DNA from: an uncultured candidate division Zixibacteria bacterium
Lineage (GTDB): Bacteria; Zixibacteria; MSB-5A5; UBA10806; 4484-95
Direction of reading: 5' to 3'
Length of the DNA: 64,000 nt
Assembly: GCA_963668625.2 (NCBI GenBank)
Contig: CAXXKA010000001.1
Span: forward strand, 448,001-512,000
Shown here: one piece after another, positions 30,397 to 40,031 of the stretch
How the letters are laid out: every line of letters starts with the position of its first letter
Position numbering within the stretch: position 1 is the stretch's first letter
Position numbers and translations under genes: made by a program
The notes under the pieces: generated by a model
Seen by the model: only the letters and a program-made list of their open reading frames with translations
Told to the model about the DNA's origin: nothing
Databases searched by the model: none

Positions 30397-33273
30397 ATGA
30401 AGATAAGATTGATAAGTTCTATATTATTCATACTCATGGGCTTCTCAAACATATTGGCCTCCGATATCCCTGAGTTTTTATTAGATGCTAAAGGTGAGGT
30501 TGAGGCAATCCTGAAAATAAAGGAAAGCAATAGTGGTCTCGCCAGATTGAATACTCTCCAGGCAGCAAATATACCATTTGCCCAGAAGCGCGAAAGTATG
30601 CAGCGATTAATGGTAAACAAAGCCTCCGAAAGCCAGAGAAATATTGTTGATGAAATAAATTTAGCCGGTGATAATATAGCCGAATATAAGTCTTTCTGGA
30701 TTACCAATGCAATATATGTAAAGGGCGATGCCGATTATATCCGCAATTTGATTGAGAACGAAGATGTCGAATTTGCCTTCGAGAATCTAGATTTAGTGCT
30801 GGTCGAGCCGGTGTTTTCAGAGGATGCTGAGGATGCCAATGAGGGCATAGAGCCTGGTTTAGCGGTTATAGGTGTTCGTGATGCCTGGCGTATGGGATTA
30901 ACCGGTAAAGGCAGACTGGTATGTAATTTCGATACCGGCGTTGACGGTACGCATGAAGCGTTGCAGGCCTCCTGGCGCGGCGCTAATGGTGGCAGCGTTT
31001 CAGAAAGCTGGTTTGATCCTTATACCAGTACCGATTTCCCGACCGATAGTCGCGGCCATGGCACACACACTATGGGTACGATGGTTGGTGTAGATGGCGC
31101 CGATACTATCGGTGTTGCCTACGAGGCCCAGTGGATAGCGGCTGGTGTGGTTGACAGAGGCGGTAGTATAGAACGTACGATATCTGACATTATCTCTGCT
31201 TTCGAGTGGGCCGTCGATCCTGACGGTAATCCTGGTACCAGCGATGACGTGCCGGACGTAGTGAACAACTCCTGGGGCGTGCCCTCAGGGCTGTATGGTC
31301 CCTGTGACGATACTTTCTGGGATGCCATAGATAACCTCGAGGCGCTGGGTGTTGTTTGCCTGTTTGCCGCCGGTAATGAAGGGCCTACGCCATCCTCGAT
31401 ACGGACGCCTGCCGATAGGATTACTACCCAGTTTAACTCATTTGCCATAGGCGCTGTTGATGGCGCTACCATGAATGTCTCGAGCTTTTCCTCGCGTGGA
31501 CCCTCCGGTTGTGACGGTATCACTATTAAGCCGGAAATTACCGCTCCCGGTTCGGGGATTCGTTCAAGCATAAATGGCGGCGGTTACGCTTATAAATCCG
31601 GTACCTCGATGGCTACACCGCATGTCGCCGGAGCGGTAGCGATATTAAAGCAGTTCAATCCTGATGCTACGGTTAATCAAATCAAGAACGCTCTTATTCA
31701 GGGAGCCGTTGATATGGGCGCCGAGGGGCAGGATAACGATTATGGTTATGGCGTTTTGAATATCAAGAATTCGATTTATCATATGCCTGCGCCGACTCAT
31801 CCGTTCATTAATATCCTGAATGTAAATATTAGCGACAGCCAGAACGGCGTGGCCGAACCGGGCGAATCGTTCAGCTTGCAGCTAAGTGTCGAAAATCTCG
31901 GTCAAACCGGTAATGTCAGCGCTTCCGTTAGGGCAATCGATGCCGGCGTGATTATTATGGAAAGTAACGCCGGGCTGGGCGTGATAATGCACCGGGATAC
32001 GATTGCCACGACGATTTTCGATATGATGCTTCCTGAGACGTTCTCTTATAATGAGAATATCATATTAGAAATCACATTCAGCGCCGGCAATTGGAGTCAG
32101 GCATTGACAGTCGACTTGTTATCGGGAGGCGCCGATGAGATGTCTTTGGCTACTATATCGAATGGTACCGTTACCATGACTTTCTCGAATTACGGACAAT
32201 TCGGACTGGGTGAAAATTCGATTAATCCCTCGGGTGGCGCCGGATTCAGATACCCGGTTGATGGCATAGATTTCATGAAAGAAGCCTCGTTGATGATTTC
32301 CTCATATGGCCGCGTCTCCGATGGTGCCCGTGACGAGGATGGAATTCCCGATAATGATTTTAAGCCTGTTTCCGGTGGCGCCGCCAGGATAACCGCACCC
32401 GGTATTTACGCCGATTATGATGGTTTCTCGTCCTATACCGATTCTTTGGCCGAAATGCCGATCGGAGTATCGGTAAGCCAGCGATGTTACGCCTGGGATT
32501 TGAACGCCAAATTTATCATAGCGGAATTTACAATCACGAATACAACTACCGAGGCTCTGGATGATATCCGGGTTGGTATGTTCTGTGATTGGGACCTGGC
32601 GTTAAGTTCAGGAATCGATGATGTAGTAAATTACGATGATGTTCGCTCTCTGGGGTATCTCGAAGATATCACCAGCGGCTGGACAATCGGTGTTAGGGCC
32701 ATAACCGATTTCCCGAGCTCTTACAGGGCTATCGATTGTGCCGAGGAGTTGGCCGATGGTTTCTCGAATACCGAAAAGGCCGGTTTCATGAATGACGGAT
32801 TCGATACGATCCATTATACGAATCCGGGTGACTATGCTCAATTGCTGACAGTCGGTCCGTATACTCTTAATCCCGGAGAATCCGAAGTGGTGGCTTTCGC
32901 TTTCGTTACCGGTGAGTCGCTGAGTGAAATAAGAGTACAAGCCGATCTGGCATTCGATATGTATCCTCAGATGACCGGTGTCGATGACGTATCCGGTGCT
33001 TTGCCCGAATCGGTTAAATTGTATCAAAATTATCCTAATCCATTTAACAATACGACTGTAATCGGGATAGATACAGACAGCCCGACTCAGTTACGGATAT
33101 ATGATATTTTAGGAAAAACAGTTCGAGAATTCGATGTTGAATCATCCGGGCATAACGAGATTGTTTGGGATGGCTGTAATCAATCCGGGCAATCGGTCGT
33201 ATCCGGAGTTTATTTCTACCAACTGATGTCAAATAAAAATTTATCGAAGAAAAAGATGTTGTTTTTGAAATAA
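30397..33273 (+). CDS. Secreted S8 peptidase (bacillopeptidase F-like) with NYPNPFN C-terminal domain
   Basis: FDTGVDG / HGTHTMG / GTSMATPH; QNYPNPFN; GGAG RBS. Confidence 0.92.
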   Translation: MKIRLISSILFILMGFSNILASDIPEFLLDAKGEVEAILKIKESNSGLARLNTLQAANIPFAQKRESMQRLMVNKASESQRNIVDEINLAGDNIAEYKSFWITNAIYVKGDADYIRNLIENEDVEFAFENLDLVLVEPVFSEDAEDANEGIEPGLAVIGVRDAWRMGLTGKGRLVCNFDTGVDGTHEALQASWRGANGGSVSESWFDPYTSTDFPTDSRGHGTHTMGTMVGVDGADTIGVAYEAQWIAAGVVDRGGSIERTISDIISAFEWAVDPDGNPGTSDDVPDVVNNSWGVPSGLYGPCDDTFWDAIDNLEALGVVCLFAAGNEGPTPSSIRTPADRITTQFNSFAIGAVDGATMNVSSFSSRGPSGCDGITIKPEITAPGSGIRSSINGGGYAYKSGTSMATPHVAGAVAILKQFNPDATVNQIKNALIQGAVDMGAEGQDNDYGYGVLNIKNSIYHMPAPTHPFINILNVNISDSQNGVAEPGESFSLQLSVENLGQTGNVSASVRAIDAGVIIMESNAGLGVIMHRDTIATTIFDMMLPETFSYNENIILEITFSAGNWSQALTVDLLSGGADEMSLATISNGTVTMTFSNYGQFGLGENSINPSGGAGFRYPVDGIDFMKEASLMISSYGRVSDGARDEDGIPDNDFKPVSGGAARITAPGIYADYDGFSSYTDSLAEMPIGVSVSQRCYAWDLNAKFIIAEFTITNTTTEALDDIRVGMFCDWDLALSSGIDDVVNYDDVRSLGYLEDITSGWTIGVRAITDFPSSYRAIDCAEELADGFSNTEKAGFMNDGFDTIHYTNPGDYAQLLTVGPYTLNPGESEVVAFAFVTGESLSEIRVQADLAFDMYPQMTGVDDVSGALPESVKLYQNYPNPFNNTTVIGIDTDSPTQLRIYDILGKTVREFDVESSGHNEIVWDGCNQSGQSVVSGVYFYQLMSNKNLSKKKMLFLK

Positions 33274-33467
33274 AATGCTTTATCTTTTGTATTTATTGGT
33301 ATCTGGAGTCTCGTGGTATAGAATTAAAAGGTAAAACAAATACAGATAATTCCCGAGTTTAATTCAAAAATAAATGGCAACCAAAATAACACCTTGAAAG
33401 AATGGAGGCGAAGTAGTAGCGACATTTTTAAGAAGTAGTAATTTTTAATTATCCAAGGAGACAGCAA

Positions 33468-35234
33468 ATGAAGAAATTCATCTTTGCATTGACACTAGTT
33501 TCATTTGTATTCAGCTTAGCGATTGCAGCGGATACTAATTTTTCGAAAAACTCATACAAAGAGCATAAAGTAAAAGAAGCAAGCTCAGTAGATAAAGTCA
33601 ATATCCCGGATCATAATATGATCCTTCAGGGTGGCGACACCGTTAATGATGCTACAGTCATTAACGATGTAGACTTCACCGATTCAGGTACTACAGAAGG
33701 CTATACCGACGATTACGATGAACAGTGTACCTATGCTTCAGAATCACCGGATGTTGTGTATTCGTTCACTCCTGCCGAGGATATGAGTGTCACTCTCGAC
33801 CTTTATGGTTCTGGTTACGACACCAAAATCTTCGTTTACGAAAACTCCGTTACCCCTGGCGAGCCTTTTGCCTGTAACGACGATTACTGGGATGACTACA
33901 CTTCATACCTTCGCAATCTGGATATTACCGGCGGCAATACCTATTTCATCATAATTGATGGGTACGATGACGAATTTGGTAATTATGTTTTCACTATGGA
34001 ACCCGGCGATACCACTACCATTGCAGGCAATACATGTGATGACGCTATCGAAATCGCTTCGCTTCCTTACACCACAACCGGTAACTCCTGTGGTGACTTT
34101 ACCGATGAGTGCATAATCACTGATGCGCAGAGCAGCGATGTTATTTACGAATTGACTTTAGATTCGGGTTATTACCTCACCGCTTCTTTGATTGGTTCCT
34201 CCTACGATACCAAAATTGCCGTGTTTCAGGATGAGTGCTGCACGGGCGCCGGTACCGAATACCTTTATAACGATGACTTCGGTGATGACTTACAGTCACA
34301 GGTTACGGCTGCATTCCCGGCCGGTACGTACTACATCGTTGTTGACGGTTATAATGGTGCATGTGGCGATTATGCTTTAAACGTTTTTGAAGCTGATCCT
34401 CCGGCCGATGCGTCTTGCGAACAAAGTTACATTGGCCCCGATGGTGACTGGGCGTTCCAGAGAAGTGATTCCGAAGATGGTCCGTTCATCGTTTATGACG
34501 ATTTCCTTTGCGAGGACGAAACTGAGATGTGTGGCGTGAGATTCTGGGGACTCGATTTGACCTATAATGGTGGTTTTTTAGAGTGCGACGAGAATCCTAC
34601 TACCATGGAAATCAAGATTTATCCCGATAACGGCTCCTATGCGCCTGATGTTGATAATCCGATTAACACATACACCGTCGTTCCTGAAATGACTAACACC
34701 GGTGTATACTACAATAGCTCATACGAATTGATTGAGTACTATGCCGAGTTCGATTCATGCTGCCAGGTAAATGGTGGCTGGATATCGATTGAAGGCGTTG
34801 CGGATGATGGTAACCTCTGTTTCTTCATGTGGAGCTCTTCACTTGACGGCAACGGTTTAGCTTACCAATTGGACGAAGGTGTAATGGGCTTCCTCGATAA
34901 GGATCTCTCCCTGGAAATGATCGGCTCTGACGTCGATATCGATGACAATTCCGCCTCTCTGCCGATAGCCGTTGACATGATGACCAACTATCCTAACCCG
35001 TTCAATCCGACTACGACTATCGCTTTCACTCTGCAGAATCCGGGTAACGTGGCTATTGACGTTTATGACCTCCTGGGTCGTCGCGTTGATACTATCAAAA
35101 TGGGCCATCTGGATAACACTCAGGTTCACAGTGTTGATTATGACGCCAGCCGTTTGGCTACCGGCGTTTATTTCTACAACCTGATGGTTGATGGCGTACA
35201 GAAAGCTTCCGAAAGGTTCAGCTTGCTCAAATAA
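33468..35234 (+). CDS. Secreted protein with two tandem PPC-like beta-sandwich repeats and NYPNPFN C-terminal domain
   Basis: Repeat DVVY/DVIY...GSxYDTKI...NDD...TY.IxxDGY twice; TNYPNPFNP; AGGAG RBS. Confidence 0.8.
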   Translation: MKKFIFALTLVSFVFSLAIAADTNFSKNSYKEHKVKEASSVDKVNIPDHNMILQGGDTVNDATVINDVDFTDSGTTEGYTDDYDEQCTYASESPDVVYSFTPAEDMSVTLDLYGSGYDTKIFVYENSVTPGEPFACNDDYWDDYTSYLRNLDITGGNTYFIIIDGYDDEFGNYVFTMEPGDTTTIAGNTCDDAIEIASLPYTTTGNSCGDFTDECIITDAQSSDVIYELTLDSGYYLTASLIGSSYDTKIAVFQDECCTGAGTEYLYNDDFGDDLQSQVTAAFPAGTYYIVVDGYNGACGDYALNVFEADPPADASCEQSYIGPDGDWAFQRSDSEDGPFIVYDDFLCEDETEMCGVRFWGLDLTYNGGFLECDENPTTMEIKIYPDNGSYAPDVDNPINTYTVVPEMTNTGVYYNSSYELIEYYAEFDSCCQVNGGWISIEGVADDGNLCFFMWSSSLDGNGLAYQLDEGVMGFLDKDLSLEMIGSDVDIDDNSASLPIAVDMMTNYPNPFNPTTTIAFTLQNPGNVAIDVYDLLGRRVDTIKMGHLDNTQVHSVDYDASRLATGVYFYNLMVDGVQKASERFSLLK

Positions 35235-35265
35235 TTTAGTTTTCATTGTTTGAAGCTAATAAATG

Positions 35266-35295
35266 AAGCGGCGCTTGTGAAAGCGCCGCTTTTTT
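35266..35295 (+). terminator. Intrinsic terminator
   Basis: AAGCGGCGCTT-gtga-AAGCGCCGCTT-TTTT. Confidence 0.88.
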
Positions 35296-35497
35296 ATTGA
35301 TCCTAAAAACCACCGGTTTATCCGGTGTGTACGTTTAAAGCGAAGCGTTTGTAAAAAGGAGGCAGGTTATCAGTAGCAACGATTGATGTTCGCAATAGCA
35401 GCACTATCGTATATCTGTCATTTAAACACCGGGCACTAGAGAAAAAATATTTAAATTACTTTTCTCTTTACATAACATTTTTCATTATCTAATTTAT

Positions 35498-35756
35498 TTC
35501 ACTACTGTCCGGTCTTTTCATCTCGTTGCGAAGCGCTGCTTCGCAACGTGGCTTGTTTGCCGGCAGAATGCGCATTCTACATGATTCAAGAAGGTTTCCA
35601 AGCAGCGCTTGGAAACCAGAAAACCAAGCCTAACATCGGCAGGATATGTCAGGATGAATGATACGCTGAATAAAATAATTATATCGGAAAATATTTCTCA
35701 TTAACAATTCCAAGGAGAAATTTAAAATTTAACGAAAAACACCGGACACTAGTGAA
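35498..35756. mobile_element. MITE-like element bounded by ~22-bp inverted repeats, enclosing a REP doublet
   Basis: TTCACTACTGTCCGGTCTTTTC (35498-35519) vs GAAAAACACCGGACACTAGTGAA (35734-35756); a third end-like copy AAACACCGGGCACTAG at 35424-35439. Confidence 0.55.
35522..35619. repeat. REP doublet (REPIN-like), copy 2
   Basis: CTCGTTGCGAAGCGCTGCTTCGCAACG ... GGTTTCCAAGCAGCGCTTGGAAACCAG. Confidence 0.8.
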
Positions 35757-35793
35757 TTTATTTATTAGAGAACTGCATTGTAAAGGAGGCAGC

Positions 35794-37491
35794 ATGAATT
35801 CCCTTCTTTTTGTATTAGTATCAATCGCCTGGCTGGTATTCGCATATATCGTTTACGGCAGATTTATACAGCGTCGCCTGGTTAACCCGGATGACGAACA
35901 CGCAACTCCGGCTCATAGCCATTATGATGGCGTAGATTATTCGCCGGCGAAAACCTCGATGCTGTTCGGACATCACTTCTCCTCGATAGCCGGGGCAGGT
36001 CCGATAGTCGGACCGCTTATCGGCGTGTTGTATTTCGGATGGTTGATCTCGGCGCTATGGATCGCTATCGGCTCGGTTTTCATCGGTGCCGTACACGATT
36101 ATCTGGCGCTGATGATATCTGTCAGGAGCAAAGGCAAATCGATCAGTCTGACAGCCGAGGAAACTCTGGGCAAAGTATCCAAAGGCGTGTTCGCTACGTT
36201 CCTGTGGTTGACACTGGTGCTGGTAGTGGCGGTTTTCGCCGTGGTAGCCTCCCAGACATTTATTGCCAGGCCGGGAATCGTTATCCCGACATTTGGTCTG
36301 ATACTGGTGGCCATGTTGTTTGGCTACACCGTCTATCGCTTGAAATGGCATCTCGTGATAGGAACTATTCTGTCACTGGCGCTGGTTGGAGTGCTACTCT
36401 ATATGGGCGAGGCATTCCCAATCGTGCTCCCCGATATAGTGTTGGGATTTAAAGCATCGATAGTCTGGTTCTGGATACTGATGGCGTACTGCCTGATAGC
36501 CTCAACCATTCCGGTGTGGATTCTTCTGCAGCCGCGTGATTATATTTCCTCATGGCTTTTGTATATCGGTATGGCGCTGGGGCTGGCAGGTTTGATCGTA
36601 GCCCACCCTCACATGCACAGTCCGGCGTTCGTCTCGTTTGATTCCGCTAAAGGCCCGCTCTGGCCGATGCTGTTCGTGCTGATAGCCTGTGGCGCGGTCT
36701 CTGGATTTCATTCGCTGGTATCGGGGGGGACATCCTCCAAACAACTCGATAAGGAATCACTGGGATTGCGTGTCGGTTACGGCGCGATGCTTACCGAGGC
36801 GGCGTTGGCGGTGCTGGTAATCGCGATTGCCTCGGCGGTGCTGGTGTGGGATCCCTCCGGCAAGAATACGCAGCTTGGCTATCAATACCTGATGGGAGCG
36901 GGCGGCGGACCTATCGTTGCATTCTCGACGGGATTCGGATACCTGGTGGCGAGCTTGCCGGGTTTTACGATCGTGGCGGGGATGTATATCGGTATGCTGA
37001 TGTTAAACGCGTTCGTCATCACCACGCTCGATACAGCGACCCGTCTGGGGCGTTTTATACTAACCGAATCGTTAGGGGAGAAGGTAAAGCCGATTGGCAA
37101 TCGCTACGTGGCCACGATAATCACTGTAATTGCCGCGGCATTGTTTGGCGCTACCGGCGGTTACAGCACGATCTGGCCGGTGTTCGGTGCGGCCAATCAG
37201 TTGGTGGCGGCGCTGGCGTTGATCGTGATCTCGGCGTATCTGGTGGGTATCAAAAAGCCGCGCGTATACACGGTGATACCGGCGATATTCATGACTGTGA
37301 CGACCGTGGGCGCGCTGATATATCAGCTTATAGGATTTATCAACACCGGTAAGGTATTTCTGGCTATTGTCTCGATCGTTTTAGTAATCCTGGCGTTGTT
37401 TATGGTGTGGGAGGCCAGGGGAGTTCTTCTGTGGATGAATAACTATCGAGAGAATGAGAAAGTTTATCGGGCTAAAATGGCTGAGAAATAG
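35794..37491 (+). CDS. cstA: Carbon starvation protein A (peptide/pyruvate transporter)
   Basis: TPAH..DGVDY, LFGHHFSSIAGAGPIVGP, LQPRDY, IACGAVSGFH; AGGAGG RBS. Confidence 0.95.
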   Translation: MNSLLFVLVSIAWLVFAYIVYGRFIQRRLVNPDDEHATPAHSHYDGVDYSPAKTSMLFGHHFSSIAGAGPIVGPLIGVLYFGWLISALWIAIGSVFIGAVHDYLALMISVRSKGKSISLTAEETLGKVSKGVFATFLWLTLVLVVAVFAVVASQTFIARPGIVIPTFGLILVAMLFGYTVYRLKWHLVIGTILSLALVGVLLYMGEAFPIVLPDIVLGFKASIVWFWILMAYCLIASTIPVWILLQPRDYISSWLLYIGMALGLAGLIVAHPHMHSPAFVSFDSAKGPLWPMLFVLIACGAVSGFHSLVSGGTSSKQLDKESLGLRVGYGAMLTEAALAVLVIAIASAVLVWDPSGKNTQLGYQYLMGAGGGPIVAFSTGFGYLVASLPGFTIVAGMYIGMLMLNAFVITTLDTATRLGRFILTESLGEKVKPIGNRYVATIITVIAAALFGATGGYSTIWPVFGAANQLVAALALIVISAYLVGIKKPRVYTVIPAIFMTVTTVGALIYQLIGFINTGKVFLAIVSIVLVILALFMVWEARGVLLWMNNYRENEKVYRAKMAEK

Positions 37492-37588
37492 TTTGTTCGG
37501 TTTTATCAATAAAACTAAGAGTCAACGATAAATTTGTTTTGGTGAATAAGTTTAATTATCAATTGTATTTGCTAAGGGGATTACAAAC

Positions 37589-38590
37589 TTGGTTTTGCGT
37601 GGAAAAGGTAGAACTTTAACTCCGGATGAAGCTGCTATAATAATTAAAGTATTTCCGAAAGATATTATAGAATTGATTGAAAATGGGAAAATACCAGCTT
37701 CAAAAAATGATAAAGGTGAATATACTATTACACAAAAGGATCTCTATCAATTCGCTTGGAAGATGCCTGAAGGACTCAGGATTAAAATGGGGGAATACCT
37801 TTTTTCTAATATGAAAGCTGTATTGCCAGGAGTGCAACGTGAAGTTAACAAGAGGTTTAAGCAAAGTGCAGATATTACATTAGATAGAGCAGAAATAGCT
37901 GTGCAATTATTAGAAAAACTCCATAAAAAATATGAAAAGACAATGGATATATTAAAGACTAAAAACGGAGAGGTCGCTGCTTTTATAGTATATGCTAGAG
38001 TTATCAGTTTACTTTATTCAATAATTAATCTTCTAAGAAGCAGTGTTGCGGCAGAGTCTATGATTCTATATAGACCTCTTTGGGAGGCAATTCTACTAGT
38101 TCAGTATTTTACTATTTCTATGCACAATAATGAAAACGAAGGCGTAATCAAAAGATGGTTCTATAAAAATGATTCGCCAGGTGCAGCTATAGTCAGAAAG
38201 TACCTAGCAGATAAAATGAATAAGCCAGTTAAAAATATGCAAGAAGTACATCATGAGTTTTCAAAACCTGTACATCATTCGTATAATGCAATTATGCAAT
38301 CTTATAAAGCTTATCAGATGTCCGGTTTTTTAGGTGATCACTGTGAGAAATTTGGCTTTGATTACAGAAAATCTTCTTTAATGAGGGATATCGTTTCGCT
38401 TTTATTTTCTTTTGAACCACTTTTGCTTAATGCATTAGGAACATTTAGATTTTCATTTTTAAAATTATTAACATCACATAATGAAGATTTAATTTCTATT
38501 GATAATGAAATTAATTTTTATAAGATGGATTTTGAACAGCGATTTGATACGATTTTAAAAGAAAGGAAATTTAATAAAGATAGTCAATAG
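37589..38590 (+). CDS. AT-rich protein: excisionase-like HTH fused to a DUF5677-like helical domain
   Basis: LTPDEAA....IENGKIPA.K..GEY.I N-terminus; ILYRPLWEA and FSKPVH motifs. Confidence 0.6.
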   Translation: MVLRGKGRTLTPDEAAIIIKVFPKDIIELIENGKIPASKNDKGEYTITQKDLYQFAWKMPEGLRIKMGEYLFSNMKAVLPGVQREVNKRFKQSADITLDRAEIAVQLLEKLHKKYEKTMDILKTKNGEVAAFIVYARVISLLYSIINLLRSSVAAESMILYRPLWEAILLVQYFTISMHNNENEGVIKRWFYKNDSPGAAIVRKYLADKMNKPVKNMQEVHHEFSKPVHHSYNAIMQSYKAYQMSGFLGDHCEKFGFDYRKSSLMRDIVSLLFSFEPLLLNALGTFRFSFLKLLTSHNEDLISIDNEINFYKMDFEQRFDTILKERKFNKDSQ

Positions 38591-38653
38591 AACTAAACTC
38601 TGAGATTTTATTTCTTCAATAATTATCAATTAAATCCCTCTAACCTATTAAAA

Positions 38654-39199
38654 TCAAAATAGCGATTTCACCCCAATCCCAATCAATATAATCCCCCCAA
38701 GTATTATCGCGCGATGTTTTAGTTTATCATATAATTTCACACCGAGGTATAATCCCGCTGCTGTCATGGCCGCGCAGATTACTCCTATCATCGTGGCAGG
38801 TTTCAGTATCTCGTAATTTAAAAGGCCGAATCCGAAACCTATAGCTAAGGCATCAATACTGGTGCCAATCGACATCGAGATCAAGCTCCAGCCACGGGAT
38901 AAATCGGGGATATTCTCCGGCGCGCTTTTGAGTCCCTCGTACAGCATCTTACCGCCAATTATCAGAAGCATACCGAACACGATCCAGCCGCCGTAGGTAC
39001 TTAGCCACCTGGCGAGAACCTCACCGACACTCCAGCCGATAATCGGCATGGCAAACTGGAACAGCCCGAAATGCCAGCTCAGACGGAAAACACGACGGGG
39101 ATCGAAACCATGAGCGCCGGAGGCTAATGCCACACTGAAAGCATCAAAGCCTAGCGCGATACTTATAAGTACTATTTCGATGAGTGGCGGAGAACTCAT
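38654..39199 (-). CDS. mntP: Manganese efflux pump MntP
   Basis: ALGFDAFSVAL, FGLFQFAMP, TSIDALAIG. Confidence 0.92.
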   Translation of the reverse strand: MSSPPLIEIVLISIALGFDAFSVALASGAHGFDPRRVFRLSWHFGLFQFAMPIIGWSVGEVLARWLSTYGGWIVFGMLLIIGGKMLYEGLKSAPENIPDLSRGWSLISMSIGTSIDALAIGFGFGLLNYEILKPATMIGVICAAMTAAGLYLGVKLYDKLKHRAIILGGIILIGIGVKSLF

Positions 39200-39984
39200 T
39201 TAGGTTCGAGTCCGGGAGGGTAGTAAATATATTTAAACGTAGCCTCAATCGAGGGCGCGCTGCCTTTGATTGAAATCAGTGTCAATTTCGCGTGGCCGCC
39301 ATCGATAGTATTAACGATATAGGATTTCCCTTTTTGAAGAGGCTGAGTTTGATCGTATGGACCATCACCTAACATGATTTTAGAATCGCGCAGGCTGGAG
39401 TGTAGCCGGGCAGGGCTTGAGATGCCCGATTTTACTTTAGTCGCGAAAATATAAATATCGTTTTCGAAATCGCGGGCTTTGGTATATTTCTCCTTCGCGA
39501 AATTAAAACCGCTACGGTCGGTGGTGTAGTTCTGCGAAATCGTCATCTCACCCTGTGCCAGCGGTAAAAAAGAAACCGTAGAACTGGGTGCAGTCAAGCT
39601 GCCATCACTGAGCACCGTGCGAAGATAAGCGTAGTAGCGTTTACCGTTTTCCAGGCGGGGTAAGGGGAAAGTCTCTTTGGTGTAATCGCCGTCAGTATCG
39701 CCGGGGTAGGGCGCACTGTTGAATAGTTCGCCCTCCGAGTCGGGAGAGTCGGCCAGGTAAATATTATAACCGCTAACCTTCGTGGGATCGGTCAGCTTGA
39801 TTTGCCAGGATAAAGTTGCCGACTCCGATAGGGCTATCGCTTTTAAGGCATAAGGAGTATTAGGTTTTACCGGGGTAGTACCCGGAGAGGGTGACGGGCC
39901 GCAACCGGCGATTAAAAATATGCAAATGATTATGGTGGTTATCGGTAGTAATTTCAAGAATCGTGCTACAGCAATAGTATTCAT
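39196..39984 (-). CDS. Lipoprotein with fibronectin type III-like domain
   Basis: LIAGC lipobox; LSW..GYNIY..LENGKRY. Confidence 0.7.
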   Translation of the reverse strand: MNTIAVARFLKLLPITTIIICIFLIAGCGPSPSPGTTPVKPNTPYALKAIALSESATLSWQIKLTDPTKVSGYNIYLADSPDSEGELFNSAPYPGDTDGDYTKETFPLPRLENGKRYYAYLRTVLSDGSLTAPSSTVSFLPLAQGEMTISQNYTTDRSGFNFAKEKYTKARDFENDIYIFATKVKSGISSPARLHSSLRDSKIMLGDGPYDQTQPLQKGKSYIVNTIDGGHAKLTLISIKGSAPSIEATFKYIYYPPGLEPK

Positions 39985-40031
39985 GTCTCTCCCGTATTAA
40001 TGATGGCGATTATTGGCCGGGTTTTCTCAGC

